A stretch of DNA of 64,000 nt from positions 94,426,001 through 94,490,000 of the forward strand of contig NC_082707.1 of the NCBI RefSeq assembly GCF_030144855.1, read 5' to 3'. Below are positions 1 to 12,709 of the stretch, in pieces (the stretch's first letter is position 1; every line of letters begins with the position of its first letter). Under the pieces are notes generated by a model. That model saw only the letters and a program-made list of their open reading frames with translations, had not been told where the DNA came from and did no database searches. A program made the translations under genes and the position numbers. The DNA comes from Hypanus sabinus (Eukaryota).

Positions 1-499
1 TCCTATAGCCTGCAAATTCAGTATAGTAAGTAATTGGAAGGAGAAACTCACTCATTATCCACTATTTCTCTTAAGAACCCATTGGTATTTCTAACCATCA
101 ATGTTTATAATGTGCAACCACTCCCAGTTTGGTATTGACTGGAAATGTCAACAGCTTGAGCTCAGAGGCTTCCTCTCAGTTACTCATCACCATTAGAAAC
201 CAGGGTGAACCCAGTTTTGAATAGGTTAACTTCAGGACTGGGATAAAGTCTTTCCAGGAAAGAGCAAAGTGAAGTCGGAATGGGAGGCGTGCTCCTGGAC
301 TCTCAAGCCTGCCCCACTACTCAAAATAATCGCTGCAGATCTACTCCAGAACTCAAATGTCTCTCTGTGTCAAATGCTCATAACCCTCAGTCCTCTAGTT
401 TTCAAAAATATACTTATCTCCACATTAAATATTTCAAATAATCTAGAACAGAGATGTGGCAGTTCCAGTTATTTATTGGGCTAGCAGTGTCAAATATGT

Positions 500-905
500 G
501 TCAAATAATTTCAGAAATTCACTACCTTCTGCATCCATTGTATGCCATCTCTTATAATCATGCCCTCTCGTGTCAGATTCTTCCACAAGTAAAAATATAT
601 CAAAATCTACCTGCCATCTCTCCTTGAGATCTTAGGTTTCAATAAGATCACTTCTGAACTACAAGGAATATAGACTCAACCTGTGCAGCCTTTCACAATG
701 GGGTAACTCTCTTATCCTAGGAATTAGAGTTAAGTTTGGAGTTAGGCTGGTGGATTTCTTCTGGGCTGCTACTATATCATTTTTTCAATGAAGTGATTAA
801 AATTGCACATGGGGTATTCTGGTTGTGGCCTCACCAGCACCCTGTACTATTGGAACAAAAATTCCCTGTTTTTAAATTCCAATCACTTTGCAATAAAGGC
901 CAACA
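500..905 (-). mobile_element. Old CR1-group LINE 3' fragment
   Basis: Decayed antisense match to the RT C-terminal region seen in younger copies (gtttcaataagatcac, tggcctcaccagcaccctgtac); no open frame. Confidence 0.55.
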
Positions 906-1624
906 AAACCATTTTCCCTCCATGCAGGGTCCAAAAATTCCGGTGGTGCAATTGTCTTAATATAAAGATATTAAAGGTGGAGCTGAGGAACTGGGGAACT
1001 CTTGTAGATCATAGACAAGCTGGACATTGATAGGATGGATGCCCTCAAAGTTCAGATGAGCACTTCCTTTTCAATGCAAGCCCGCAGGTGACATGGCTTT
1101 TAACATAATCCTACCAGTAAAAATGTTCAAGGTTTGTGTTGGATAACACTGAGATATGTTGGCTGACAAATCTCAGCAAATTGGAAAAAGTGCAGGCGTG
1201 CTGGAGGCAAAGAGACAGACAGACCAAGAAGGAAAGTGGTGGGGCTGACCCGTTTGTGCTAGATGCACTGCTGACTGACTGGTATGTTGCAAATGTCTCT
1301 GGAAAGACTGTGTGGCAGATTTTATCTTGAAAAACAGATCAGGCATTTATAAAATACTTTGTGTCCCAAAAGGTTTTATAGTCAATGAAGAAAATGTTAA
1401 AGTGTGATTATTGCTGTAAAGTAAAAATATCACAGCCAGCGATGCACATAGGAAGGAGATGCCACCAGCAAAGCAATACAGACCAGGGCACCTGCTCTTC
1501 TTCAAAATATTCATGAAGTTATACAGACGCTTTGACTCTCTGAGTCTGTTCCTACCATTAAAGGCCCATTTACATCAAACCTACCTTAATCCCATATTAA
1601 GGTTCATGACAATATACGTACATA

Positions 1625-3290
1625 TGAAATAGGAGCTGGAGATAGCCATCTGGACCGTTGAATCTTCTCTGCCATTTAGTAAGATCATGGCTGCTCTGTG
1701 GAGGGCTCAGCTCCACCTACCTGCCTTTTCCACATAACCCTTAATTACTCCAGCTATCCAAAAATCTGTCTAACTGTGTCTTAAATATCTTTAATGAGGT
1801 AGCCTCTACTGCCTCTCTGGGCAGAGAATTCCATTGACCATTCTCTGGGGGTAAAAAAACAGTTTCTCCTCCTCTCCATCCTAAATCCAATCTTGAGGTT
1901 ATGTCCCCTCATTCTAGTCTCACTTATTAGTGAAATCAACTTTCTTACCTCTATCTTATCTGTCGTTTGATTAGGCTAGGGTTAAATCAGGGGGTTGCTG
2001 GGCAGCACGGCTCAAAGGGCCAGAAGAGCCTGTTCCATACTATATCTCAATAATTGAAAAATAAAATCAATAAAACAGATAAAGAACATATTATTATGGT
2101 GAAAGGTTGTGGCATTCTGTCTGCAGAAGGCTTCAGATGGTGCATGAAATCCAAAAGGCAACAGGTTATCGAGAAGGCAATTGAAATGTTAGCCTCCATT
2201 GTTAGAGGGATTGAAGTTAAGAGCAGGAGGTTATACCCCTTAGTTCTAATCTCACTTACTAGTGAACACAGCTTTCCTACCTCTCTTATCTGTCCTTTTC
2301 ATAATTTTATATGTTCTTATATGACCCCCCTCTCATTCTTCTGATTTCCAGGAAGTACAATCCTAGATGATGCACTCTCCCCTCATTGCCAGAATTAATC
2401 TGGTGGGCCTATTCTGCATCGCCTCCAAAGCCAGATATCTTTCCTCAAGGTAGGAGTCCGGAACTCCATGCAGTTCTCCAGGTGTACCCTCAACAGCACC
2501 TTGTACAGTTGCAGTTTAAACCCCCCCAAACCTGCTCTTAACATCAACCCCTCAAACAATGAAGATTAACGGTTAATTTGTCTTCTTGATAACCCGTTGC
2601 ACCTGCAAGCCAGCCTTTTGGATTTCATGCACAAACTATCTGAAGCCCTCTGCAGACAGAATGCTTCAACCTTTCACCATAATAATAATAATATGTTCTT
2701 TATTATTTTGTTTTATTTATTGAGATACAACGCAAAATAGGCTCTTCCGGCCCTTCGAGCCTCACTGCCCAGCAATCCCCCAGTTGAACCCTAGCCTAGT
2801 CATGGGACAAATTACAATGTCCAATAATCCTACCAACCGGTACTGTGGGAGGAAACCAGAGTACCCAGAGGAACCTACGCGGTGATGGGGAGAACATACA
2901 AACTCCTTACAGGTAGTGTCGGGAACTGAACCTGGGCCGCTGGTACTATAAAACGTTGTGCTAACCACTATGTCACCATGCTGCCCTTGATCTATAATTC
3001 TCTGCAGGCTCTCCACTTTCCATTCTCATTTTGCTTTTCCACTCAATTCAGTGTCATCAGTAAACTTAAGATACCCTACCCTTGGTCTGTTCATCCAAAT
3101 TGTTAATGCATATCGTGAACAAATGCAGCCCTTGCAGCACTCCATTCATCACTGACTGCCAGCCAGAGAAGTACCCATTTATTCCAACTCTCTGCCTTCT
3201 ATAAGTTAAACAATCCTCTATCCATGCTAATAATTACCCACAATTCCATGCAGCTTTACCTTATAGATAAGTGTTTTATACGTCTTTTAT
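1625..3290 (-). mobile_element. CR1-group LINE 3' portion, interrupted by a SINE and an inverted duplication
   Basis: 3' UTR signature aggagctggagatagccatc...aagatcatggctg; antisense RT C-terminal motifs (gggcagagaattcca; ccatttattccaactctctg at ~3175). Confidence 0.75.
2700..2987 (-). mobile_element. tRNA-derived V-SINE (HE1-like), nearly full length
   Basis: Minus strand: gggcagcatggtgacatagtggttagcac (A box), ccaggttcagttccc (B box), gagtttgtatgttctcccc...ggtttcctcccacagt (V-domain-like core), and a LINE-like tail ending in an A-rich run. Confidence 0.8.
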
Positions 3291-3739
3291 TTCCATTAAC
3301 TCCTCCCAAGTTCTTCAACAAAGTGGCCAGTTAACCTATCAACCCATACGTCTTTGCAAGGAAATCCACATGGTCACTCAGAGAACTTGCAAACTCTGAA
3401 GCAGCAGCTCTTCCAACTGTATGACTGCGCTGGAGCCTGGGCTTGCTTTCCTAGTCTGTTTATCTTCCATTAGTGCATAGCCCAAATATTCATTGTTGCC
3501 CCCACACCGAGGCCAAGCCCTGCAGGAGAACCTCCATATTCCCAATAGTCAGAGAGTGCCAAGCCTACCCCAACCTGCCCCCTACCCAGGGCTGAATACT
3601 ACCAAATCCCCTTCTCTTAGGCTCCTTTTTGCCAGCCACCTGTGGGGCACCTCACCGGCACTGAGCCAGGAAGCAGCCATGTGGACAGGACCTTAACTCC
3701 AGCTGCAGTGAATCCCTTAGAAAAAGAACCTGTGTAAGA

Positions 3740-4418
3740 GTTTGGGAAAGGGGACAAAGATGGGGAGAGGAGGAAGTAGGGAGAGCAAGAAGAGAAGGAA
3801 AGAATGATGTAAGATAGTCAAGGAGAAGAGGATGGAGAGGAGGTGTGGCAGGGGAAGAGAGAAAATGAGAAAAGGGGGATAGAGGTATAGTGGAAACAGA
3901 GACCTGCTGATGGAAGATGTAGGGAAAGCTCCTTGAATTCACTTCTGGGGCTCAGGGTCAACACTGCCACTGTCTTTCCCCGTCTCTCTGTTTCTCTCTT
4001 TCTCTCTCTGATTCTCTGCTAATCCCTTCTCTACTCCCACCCCTACTCCACTCTTTCTTCCTTTCAAACCCTCACTATAATCCCTCTTCTCCTCTCTCTA
4101 CTTATCTTTATCACTCCTTCCCCCACCGCCTGTCAACCTGACACCCTCTCTCTTCATCCCATATCCTCTTTCAAAAACCCTCATGCCCCCTGTCTTTATA
4201 CCTACTTGCTAATTACTGCCTTGTTCAAATCCTGCCTCTCTTCCTTCCATCATCCTCCATAACCCTCCTCATGTCCTCTCTACTCACCTACTTCTCTTCT
4301 ATACATATTCTCTCCTCTCCCTCTCTACCCATCTACTTCTCCATCCTCTGCACTCTCTTCCTCGCCTTCTTTCTTTCTTCCACATGTTCTTCCCTTTCAA
4401 TTTCTCCCTTTCTCCCAC
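3740..4418. repeat. Purine-rich block (~3740-3930) followed by a pyrimidine-rich block (~3975-4418)
   Basis: Directly visible GA-rich then CT-rich low-complexity sequence. Confidence 0.8.
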
Positions 4419-4429
4419 AGAGATAAGAT

Positions 4430-4720
4430 TCTTTTTTTACTATTCAGAATGGGTATTCTATTATTGTTTTACATCACGATAAAAACTACAATTAAACCAT
4501 CATTTTTATATATAACACACAATTAATCATGATATTTTTTATCATCCAACTGCTGAAATTATATTATTAAAGACATTGATAATTTTATGTGACATTATGT
4601 TGTCATATTAATAATGAGCGCAGCAGCAGATAAAACTTTTTTATAGATTTTATTTAATAAAGCTCTGTATTTTATTGCTATATTTTGCAATTTGCCTGTC
4701 AATTCCTAGTTGAAAATTTT
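4430..4720. promoter_or_regulatory. Candidate conserved non-coding element / enhancer
   Basis: Unique AT-rich block with clustered TAAT/ATTA, TTTAT, TGACAT and CTGTCA (MEIS/TALE) motifs; no TE hallmarks. Conservation untested. Confidence 0.4.
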
Positions 4721-5559
4721 AAGAGTTAGAAGCATTTACTGAAGGTTTGAAGGCTGTTGTTTACAAGTTGGCCTTTAAAACAGTAGACAGCTAGTTTCAA
4801 ACTGTCTGTTGAATTGAATATGTTCCCAGTGGAACAGAATTTTGGTGACTTCAACGTCCAACCCTTTGCGTGCACATCTGTAAATTGCCTGAACGTTTCT
4901 AAAACCAACCCTCTATTACCCAACTTTTTGGTGCATGAATTCCTGACTAGAGTCATAGAGTCTCAAAAACAGATCCTTTGTCCCAGCAGGTCTATGCTGA
5001 GTATTATCTATTGGTACTTATCTATACTAACCTAATGGACAACACTCTATCTGCAGTCTACTGAGTAAAGTTTTCACTGGATACTTCTTCAATATCATGA
5101 GAGTCTCTGTCTCCATCATTGACTCAAACATTCCAGATTGCAGCCATCCTCTGGGTGAAAGAAACAAACTTCTTCAGATCCCATAGATTCAGAGAACATT
5201 CAGACTAGTGCTAATCAGAAATGTTCTTACCCTGGAAGGTCAGGCAGGACCAGTGCCATAGGAAAGCAAGAAATAACAGTAGGATTGGGCCATTAAGCCC
5301 CTCATGCCTGTTCATTCAGAAAGATCATTGCTGATCTTCTGCCCCATTATACTTTCATGCGCAAACCTTATATCTCTTCATTCTCATAATATCCAAATCC
5401 ATCAATCTGTGTCTTGAATATGTCTTGTGACAGGCTCCACAAGTCTCTCGACTATCTTCACATGAAGAAATTGTTCTTCTTTCAATCCTGGATAGTTGAC
5501 ACCCCATAAGACATGGAATTGGCTTATTATTGTCAGATAGATTGAGATAGAGGGAAAAG

Positions 5560-6020
5560 TTTTGTTTTGCATGCCAACCATCCATATCATTAAATCACAT
5601 CAATACAAGAGAAAAGCAATAAAAGAATGCAGAATGTAGAATTGCAGAGTAAGTGCAAGTGTAGGTAGATATTAAGATGCAAGTGCAGGATGGGATAGAT
5701 TGCGGGGTCAAGAGTGCATCTTTATCATACAAGAGATCTTTCCAAGAGGGTTATAACAGTGGGATAGAAGCTGTCCATAATCTAATATACAAAACTTTTC
5801 AAGCTTTTGTAACTTCTGCCTGATGGAAGAGGGAGAAAAAGGAATGTCCATTTCCAGAGGGTTCTTTGATGATGCTGAAGCAGCAGGAAGTGTAGAGTCC
5901 GCAGAGGGGAGGGTGGCATTTGTGATGGGTGGCTCTGTGTACACAACTCTCTCCAATTTCTTGTGGTCTTGGGCAAAGGAGTTGCCATACAAAGATGTGA
6001 TGCATCTAGATAGGGTGTTT
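5560..6020 (-). mobile_element. Rex1/Babar-type LINE 3' remnant
   Basis: Antisense of the 3' coding end (gggatagaagctgt, cttttgtaacttctgcctgatggaagag), homologous to the 3' ends at 6620-6720 and 11170-11250. Confidence 0.6.
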
Positions 6021-6307
6021 TACTGTGATCTCTGGCTCCAGATATGCTGTGCAGGGGACTTTTGAAATGACCCTGCAATGCCCTTGTCAAGCTCTGCAGG
6101 AATTTTGTTCATTTTAATGATATCAATCCTCAGTCTTCTAAATTCCTGTGAGTATAGACTCAGAATGCTCAGATGACAAACCTACCATCACAGGATTCAA
6201 TCTGGTGACAGGAAGGCGAGTTCACATAAAGAAAAGGACAATGACTTCCATATACATTCTGGCCAATCCTTGTCCAAATCTTCCACCACCTGCATGGTAA
6301 GGAGTCA

Positions 6308-7980
6308 ATGTTCAAAGTTCAAAGTAAATTTATTATCGAAGTACATGTATGTTACAATATACAATACCGAAATTCATTTTCTTGCAGGCATACACAGTAA
6401 ATCCAAGAAACATAATAGAATCAATGCAAGGCCACACTCAGCTGGATGGACAACCAACCAATGTGCAAATGACGACAAACTGCAAATATGAAAGAAAAAA
6501 AAAGAAATACAGTAATTATGATAAATAAATAAGCAATAAATATTGACTATCATTGAAAGTGAGTCAATAATTTGTGAGAACAGTTCAGTGATGCTGCAAG
6601 TGAAGTTATGCCCACTGGTTCAAGAGCCTGATATTTGAGGGTTAATAACCGTTCCTGAACCTGGTGGTGTAAGTCCTGAGGCTCCTGTACCATCTTCCTG
6701 ATGGCAGCAGCAAGAGGAGAGCATGATCTGGCTGGTGGAGATTCTTGCTCTTGGATGCTGCTTTCCTGTGACAGTGCTCCTGATAAATGTGCTCAGTGGT
6801 GGGGAAGGCTTTACCCACGATGGACTGGCTTGTATTCACTAATTTTTATAGAGGTTTTCTGTTCTAGGGCATTGGTGCTTCTATACCAGCCTGTAATGCA
6901 ATCAGTCAATATATTCTGCACCACACATCTGTAGAAGTTTCTCAAAGTTTTAGACGTCATCCCGAATCTTTGCAAACTCCTAAAGAAGAACTGCTGTTAT
7001 GCTTTCTTCATTATTGCACTTACGTGCTGGATCCAGGACGCATCCTCTGAAATGATAAAACCAAGCCATTTAAAGTGGCTGACCCTCCCCACCTCTAATC
7101 CCCTGAAGAGAACTGGCTGATAGACCTCCAGTTTCATCCTCCTGAAGCCAATCGCAGACTCCTTGATCTCGCTGACATTGGTGAAAGGCTGTTGGTATGG
7201 CACCAGTCAGCCAGATTTTCAATCTCACTCCTATATATGATGATCTGTCACCACTTTTGATCAGGCAATGACAGTGGTGTTGTCAGCAAACTTAAGTATG
7301 GCATTGGAGCTGTGCTTGGCCTCATAGTCATAAGTATAAAGTATGTAGAGCAGAGAGCTAAGCACACAGCCTTGAGATGCACCTCTGCTAACGGAGATGC
7401 TGGAGGATATGTTGTTGCCAGTCCAAACTGTTGGGGTCTACCCATAAGGAAATTGAGGATCCAATTGCACAAGGAGGTATCAAGGTCTTGAAGCTTATTG
7501 ATTAGTTTTGAGGAAATGATGGTATTGAATGCCAAACAGTAGTCAATAAAAATCATCCTGATGTATGCATCTTCACTAGATGGTCCAGGGTAGAGTGAAG
7601 AGCCAATGAAATTACATCTGCTGTGGACCTGTTGTGACAGTAGACAAATTGGAGAGGTTCCAAGTTGCTTCTTGGGCAGGAGTTGATATACTTCATCAAC
7701 AACCTCTCGCAGCACTTCATCATAGTGGATATATGTACTGCTGGACAATAGTCATTGAGGCAGGTTACCATGCTCTTCTTAAGCACTTGTATAATTGAAG
7801 CCTGTGGGTACCTCAGACTGCCAAAGTGAGAGGAAAAAGATATTGGTTAACACTCCAGCTCGCTGATCAGCACAGGTCTTTCGAACTCGGTCTGGTGCTT
7901 TCCTTGGGTTCACCCTCCTGAAGGATGCACCGACGTTGACCTCAAAGACTGAAATCACAGGGTCATCAGGGGAGTTCGTG
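6308..7980 (-). mobile_element. Rex1/Babar-type LINE, 5'-truncated and frameshifted
   Basis: Minus-strand ORF pieces CLNDYCP...MKCCERL, LDHL...YIRMIFIDYCLAFNTI...LCNWILNFL, LLPSGRWYRSLRTYTTRFRN; (gttcaaa)-type tail at ~6310. Confidence 0.85.
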
Positions 7981-9114
7981 AAGATTACTCCATGGTTCTG
8001 CAGTAACACCAAATGCCCAAACCCCATCTCACACAAAAAATTAACAGATCACCCATCTGCCAATCAACCTCAAGAAAGAAAAAACCGAAAGTCCAAAGGA
8101 AACCAATATGAAGTACAGTCCAATAATCATATAAATCTCAGGATATGGGAAATGTCTTTTCACCGTGTACGAGGTGAGCAGCCACACAAACTCAACCCTT
8201 CTGTAAAGAGTGACCACACATCTGGGTCCGAATGTGCCTATATGCGTTCGAACGCACTAATCCAGGCTGAACACTGCCCACCAGGGCCAAATGTGCCGAA
8301 CTGGGTCCAAAAGCCGACCCAGGGCCGTACATGCCAAGCTGGCTGCCGACCATCTCGTGCTAAGCCTCTCCGCATTCACCTCGCTGCTTCAATCTTCCTC
8401 GCCACTTCAAGATAGAGCCATTCACGACCTTGCACCTCATCTCTGGTCTTCTCCATGAGTCAGCTTGTGGTCCTGGATCATTTCAATCCCCCATCACTGA
8501 TCTCTACCAGGCAGCTCTCCGGACACAGCACAGTGCCGGATCTTTTGATTGAGATTCAAACTGTACATCACAGGCTAAGTGATCAGATTTCACTGGAGCC
8601 TAGGTATGAAATGGTAGGCATTCTTTATCGTAGTGGGGCTCGAGTGTGTTGGGACCCCTGGTGCTACACATTATATGCTGTTGATAATTGGGTAGGGATT
8701 TCTTCAAACTTAATTGTTATATATTCCAGGTAGTGTGGGGGGGGGGGGGTGTCAAGAGTATGGCAAAACCACCAAGTCCAAGCACCACAATGAGTTTATC
8801 ATGAAACACCAACTCCCACCTTTAGCCTTCTCCAAATCCACAGTTCAGTCCATCTATGGTTAAAACCCAATGATTGATCTATTCATCACCATTAATTAGA
8901 AACTCAGCTGGAAAATCAGAAGCAAGGGAAGGCCCCCTCCCCTCACTTCCCAAAGTTTTGTATTTTATGTAAGTTTATTTTATAAAATGTCGACGTCACT
9001 GATAGCATTTATTGTCCAACCCTAATAATCCTTGAGAAGATGGTGGTGAGCAGCCCTTCTCTTCTCACAGTTATGTCAGCTAGTGAGCTCCAGGCTTTTT
9101 TTTAACCTTGTATT

Positions 9115-9445
9115 TATAACACAGAAAACCACTTAGCCCATTAAGTCAATGACAGCCCCTAGAGGAGCAATCCCATCGGTCCCACTCCTGTGCTCCTTAC
9201 TTCCCTGAGATTCCTGCATCTTATTCTCTCTTGCAACTGCCGACTGACTTACATATGATTATGTCACTATCCTGTGTCAAAGGCAATTTAAAGCAGCCAG
9301 TTACCTACCAACACATCTTTGAGAGGAAAGCAGAGTACCTGGTGCAGATGCAAACTCCACACAGGCAGCACATGAGCTCGAGATTGAGCTCCAGACCCTA
9401 CAGCTATGGGACAGTAGCATTAACTACTGCACCAGCAAGGCGCCC
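9115..9445 (-). mobile_element. Degenerate V-SINE
   Basis: gaggaaagcagagtacctgg, gcaaactccacacaggcagcac and a tRNA-like head at ~9390-9445, homologous to 2700-2987. Confidence 0.6.
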
Positions 9446-9447
9446 TT

Positions 9448-9990
9448 GAAGTTCAAGTTCAAAGTACATTTATTATCACAATATTTGTACATTATACTAT
9501 ACAACCTTGAGATACGTCTCCTTACAGGCAGCTACAAAACAAAGAGCCCATAATAAAGAAGACCGTCAAAAACCCAATGTGCGGAGAGAAAAATAAACAA
9601 ATCATGCAAACAATAAAAGTAAGCAAATAGCACTTAGTATGAAATTGAGTCCATAGATATGAAGCCCAGAGCAGTCAGATCTAGCCACCAGTCCATGTTT
9701 ACATATACTGTGTAAATATTGGCTTGTACAGGCAGTGTCCTGATTTTTATTACCAAGATGTCAGTCCATTGCCAGCAAAAATGTTGCTGGTGAAATAGAA
9801 AACATTGTACCAGGTTACTGCTCCAACGTATCAACCATCGCTCTATGATCATAGGTACAGACTCGCAATGGGGCTTAGTCTAGCAGCATCCAAGTGCTTT
9901 CCTCAGGAATTCAGGGATGGTGAGTCCATATCACACGTTATTCAACATGACCTGCTTCAGGCTTTTACCTGACCTTTGGTCCTCTAAGTG
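9448..9990 (-). mobile_element. Retroposon 3' segment with Rex1-type tail
   Basis: gaagttcaagttcaaagtacatttattatc tail and UTR similar to 6308-6540; no ORF. Confidence 0.5.
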
Positions 9991-10004
9991 CGCTGTCTGG
10001 CAAG

Positions 10005-11473
10005 GGGCCATTTTTAACTTTTCACTGCTACAGTCAATAGTTCCCAACAGCTTCAAAAAGGCAACAATTATACCAGTGCCTAAGAAGAGTAGTGTGAGCT
10101 GCCTTAATGACTATCGTCCAGTAGCACTCACATCTACAGTGATGAAATGCTCAGAGAGGTTGGTCATGACTAGAAATGAACTCCTAACTCAGCAAGGACC
10201 TAGACCCACTGCAATTTGCCTAGCAACAGAATAAGTCAATGGTGGATGCAATTTCAATGGCTCTTCACACGTCCTTAGATCACCTGGACAATACAAACAC
10301 TTATGTCAGGACGCTGTTCTTTGACTATAGCTCAGTATTTAACACCACCATTCCCACAGTCCTGATCAGTATGCTACAGAACCTGAGCCTCCATACCTCC
10401 CTCTGCAACTGGATCCGTGACTTCCTAACTGGAAGACTACAACCTGTGCAGATCAGTGACAGTATCTCCTCCTCGCTGACAATCAACACTGGTGCACCTC
10501 AGGGGTGTGTGCTTAGCCCACTGCTCTACTTTCTGTACGCATGACCATGTGGCCAGGTATAACTCAAGTACCAGCTATAAACTTGCTGATGATACAACCA
10601 TTGTTGGTAGAATCTCAGATGGAGATGAGAGGCCATACAGAAGTGAGATATACCAGCTAGTTGAGTGGTGTCATGGCGACAACCTCGCACTCAAAGTCAG
10701 TAAGATGAAAGAGCTGATTGTGGACTTCAGAAAGGGTAAGATGAGGGAACACAAACCAATCCTCATAAAGGGGTTAGAACAGGAGAGTGAGCGATTTCAA
10801 GATCCTGGGTGTCAAGATCTCTAAGGATCTAACCTGGTCCCAACATATTACTACAGCTACAAAGAAGGCAAGACAACAGCTATATTTCATTAGGAGTTTG
10901 AAGAGATTTGGTTTGTCAGGTAAAACACTTGAAAACTTCTATAGATATACCATGGAGAGCATTCTGATAGGCTGCATTACTGTCTGGTATGGGGGGTGGG
11001 GGTGGGGGCTACTGCACAAGACCAAAAGAAATTTCAGAAAGTTGTAAAATTCATCAGCTGTATTGTGGATACTAGCCTCCATAGTATGCAAGACATTTTC
11101 AAGGAGTAGTGCCTCAGAAAGGTGACGTCCATTATTAAGGGACCCCATTACCCAGGACATGCCATTTTCTCATTGTTACTGTCTGGAAGGAGGTACAGAA
11201 GCCTGAAAGCAAACACTCAACAATTCAGAAACAGCTTCTTCCCCTCTGCCATATGATTCCTAAATGGACATTGAATCCAGGAACACCTCCTCGCTTTTTA
11301 AAATATATATTATTTCTGTTTTTGCACTATTTTTAATTTATTCAATATACATATATATACTTACTGTAAATTATTTACTTATTTTTTTCCTTTCTATATT
11401 ATCATGTATTGCATTGTACTGCTGCTGAGTGAACATATTTCACAACACATGCTGGTGATAAACCTGATTCTGA
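10005..11473 (+). mobile_element. Rex1/Babar-type LINE RT region plus 3' UTR
   Basis: ORFs: [81 protein letters not shown]; ends gataaacctgattctga. Confidence 0.9.
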
Positions 11474-11514
11474 AGAGGCAATAGGGAACCCAACTACTTG
11501 CTGAGGTGCAACAC

Positions 11515-11745
11515 CTGCTTCTTCTTTGGCTGTCCATCGATTTCGATGTTGACTGTGTTGAGAGTTTAGTCTCTGCAGGCACGTTTATGGGCCACAAGAC
11601 CAGCACTGAATCGGCACTGTCTCCCACATCAGTTGCATTTGTGATTTGACTGGTCTAGCACCGAATGTCTGCGTTCATGACCTGCTTCATATTTCTGCCT
11701 TTTCTCCTCGATAGCTGGGATTGACTTCTTGACAATGCAGCGCCA
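11515..11745 (-). mobile_element. RTE-clade LINE 3' end
   Basis: Minus strand encodes a C-terminal zinc finger KCN*CGRQCRFSAGLVAHKRAC, then a short UTR ending ggacagccaaagaagaag. Confidence 0.6.
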
Positions 11746-11879
11746 ACTTCTTCTGTCTCCTACATGATGTTAGATTGGTACAACAATAAGTACATTTCAA
11801 AAGTAATTCTATAGTTTTGGCAGCTGGGAGTGCAAGAAATGGGAACTTACTTTGCATAGTGACAGAGACAGCAAGAACA

Positions 11880-12500
11880 GCAAATGGATATACCTCTGTA
11901 ATTCACTGTTCAATTATCGGACAATTGATTTACTAATTATTAACACTATTCCCCCTCTACCATCAAACCTTTGCTGGGGATCCTATATTGAATTATTGGA
12001 GATAATGCCCTCGAAGACCTGCTTCCACCGCTGTAGCGATGCCCCTCGATGAAATGAGAGGTGAGTCTATGTAGTAGGCAAATAAAATAATAAAAACTAA
12101 TTTTGCTGCTTCTCTCTCCCCAGGCTATGTTGAGTCATTTGCAACTGGTGGCAGCAATAGGCAAATCAGTGCTAAGGCGAAGATTTATATCAGGGTCTGG
12201 CTCGTCATGATTTATTTATTTGAACAGCTTGTGATATCATTAACCTCACAAAATCTCTAGAGTATGACATCTGCAGCTTTCTAAGCTTCAGACAATAGGG
12301 TTGTGTTTGCACGCCAGGGCTCTTGGAAGTTATTATATCCATCAGCAAACGAAATCTCTAATGGAGCCCTTATAATTGAAGGTTAAGTAGTGTTAGGGTA
12401 AACAAATAATAAACCGAGGTATTGGGGCCTCTGGTGTTGGCTGTTGGCACAATTAAACCATCAGTTGCCATGATGTAAACACATTAGCAATGCAAGGGAG
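11880..12500. promoter_or_regulatory. Candidate conserved non-coding element; also contains a GT-AG micro-intron-like pattern
   Basis: Unique sequence with TGATTTAT (12208), CTAATTAT, CAATTAA and GTAAACA motifs; donor GAG|GTGAGT at 12060/1 and acceptor CCCCAG|G at 12123/4. Confidence 0.4.
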
Positions 12501-12709
12501 ATTCCCCTACAAACTGATATGAATTTGGCTCACTCTTGCCTCTTCCTAAACCTAATTCACACCTCAGAAGTATGTTGTGTTTGTAATAGAAAAGAAATGG
12601 AATTTACATCACAGATTTCACAAGCTTATGCCAGTTCATATGTACGACATGCAGCATAATAACATTTCTTATACAGAAGGCAGATGAAGTGGTGAAGGTA
12701 TAGAAATGA

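Noticed and set aside
1355-1480. Ancient Deu-domain SINE remnant
   Set aside because: The resemblance (tgtcccaaa...tcaatgaag) is too weak to support without a profile search.
2915-2987. tRNA gene
   Set aside because: It is the tRNA-derived head of a SINE, continuous with the SINE core and tail; no complete cloverleaf.
7936-8415. 159-aa ORF as a host gene
   Set aside because: Starts antisense in a Rex1 fragment and runs through repeat-like sequence; no recognisable domain.
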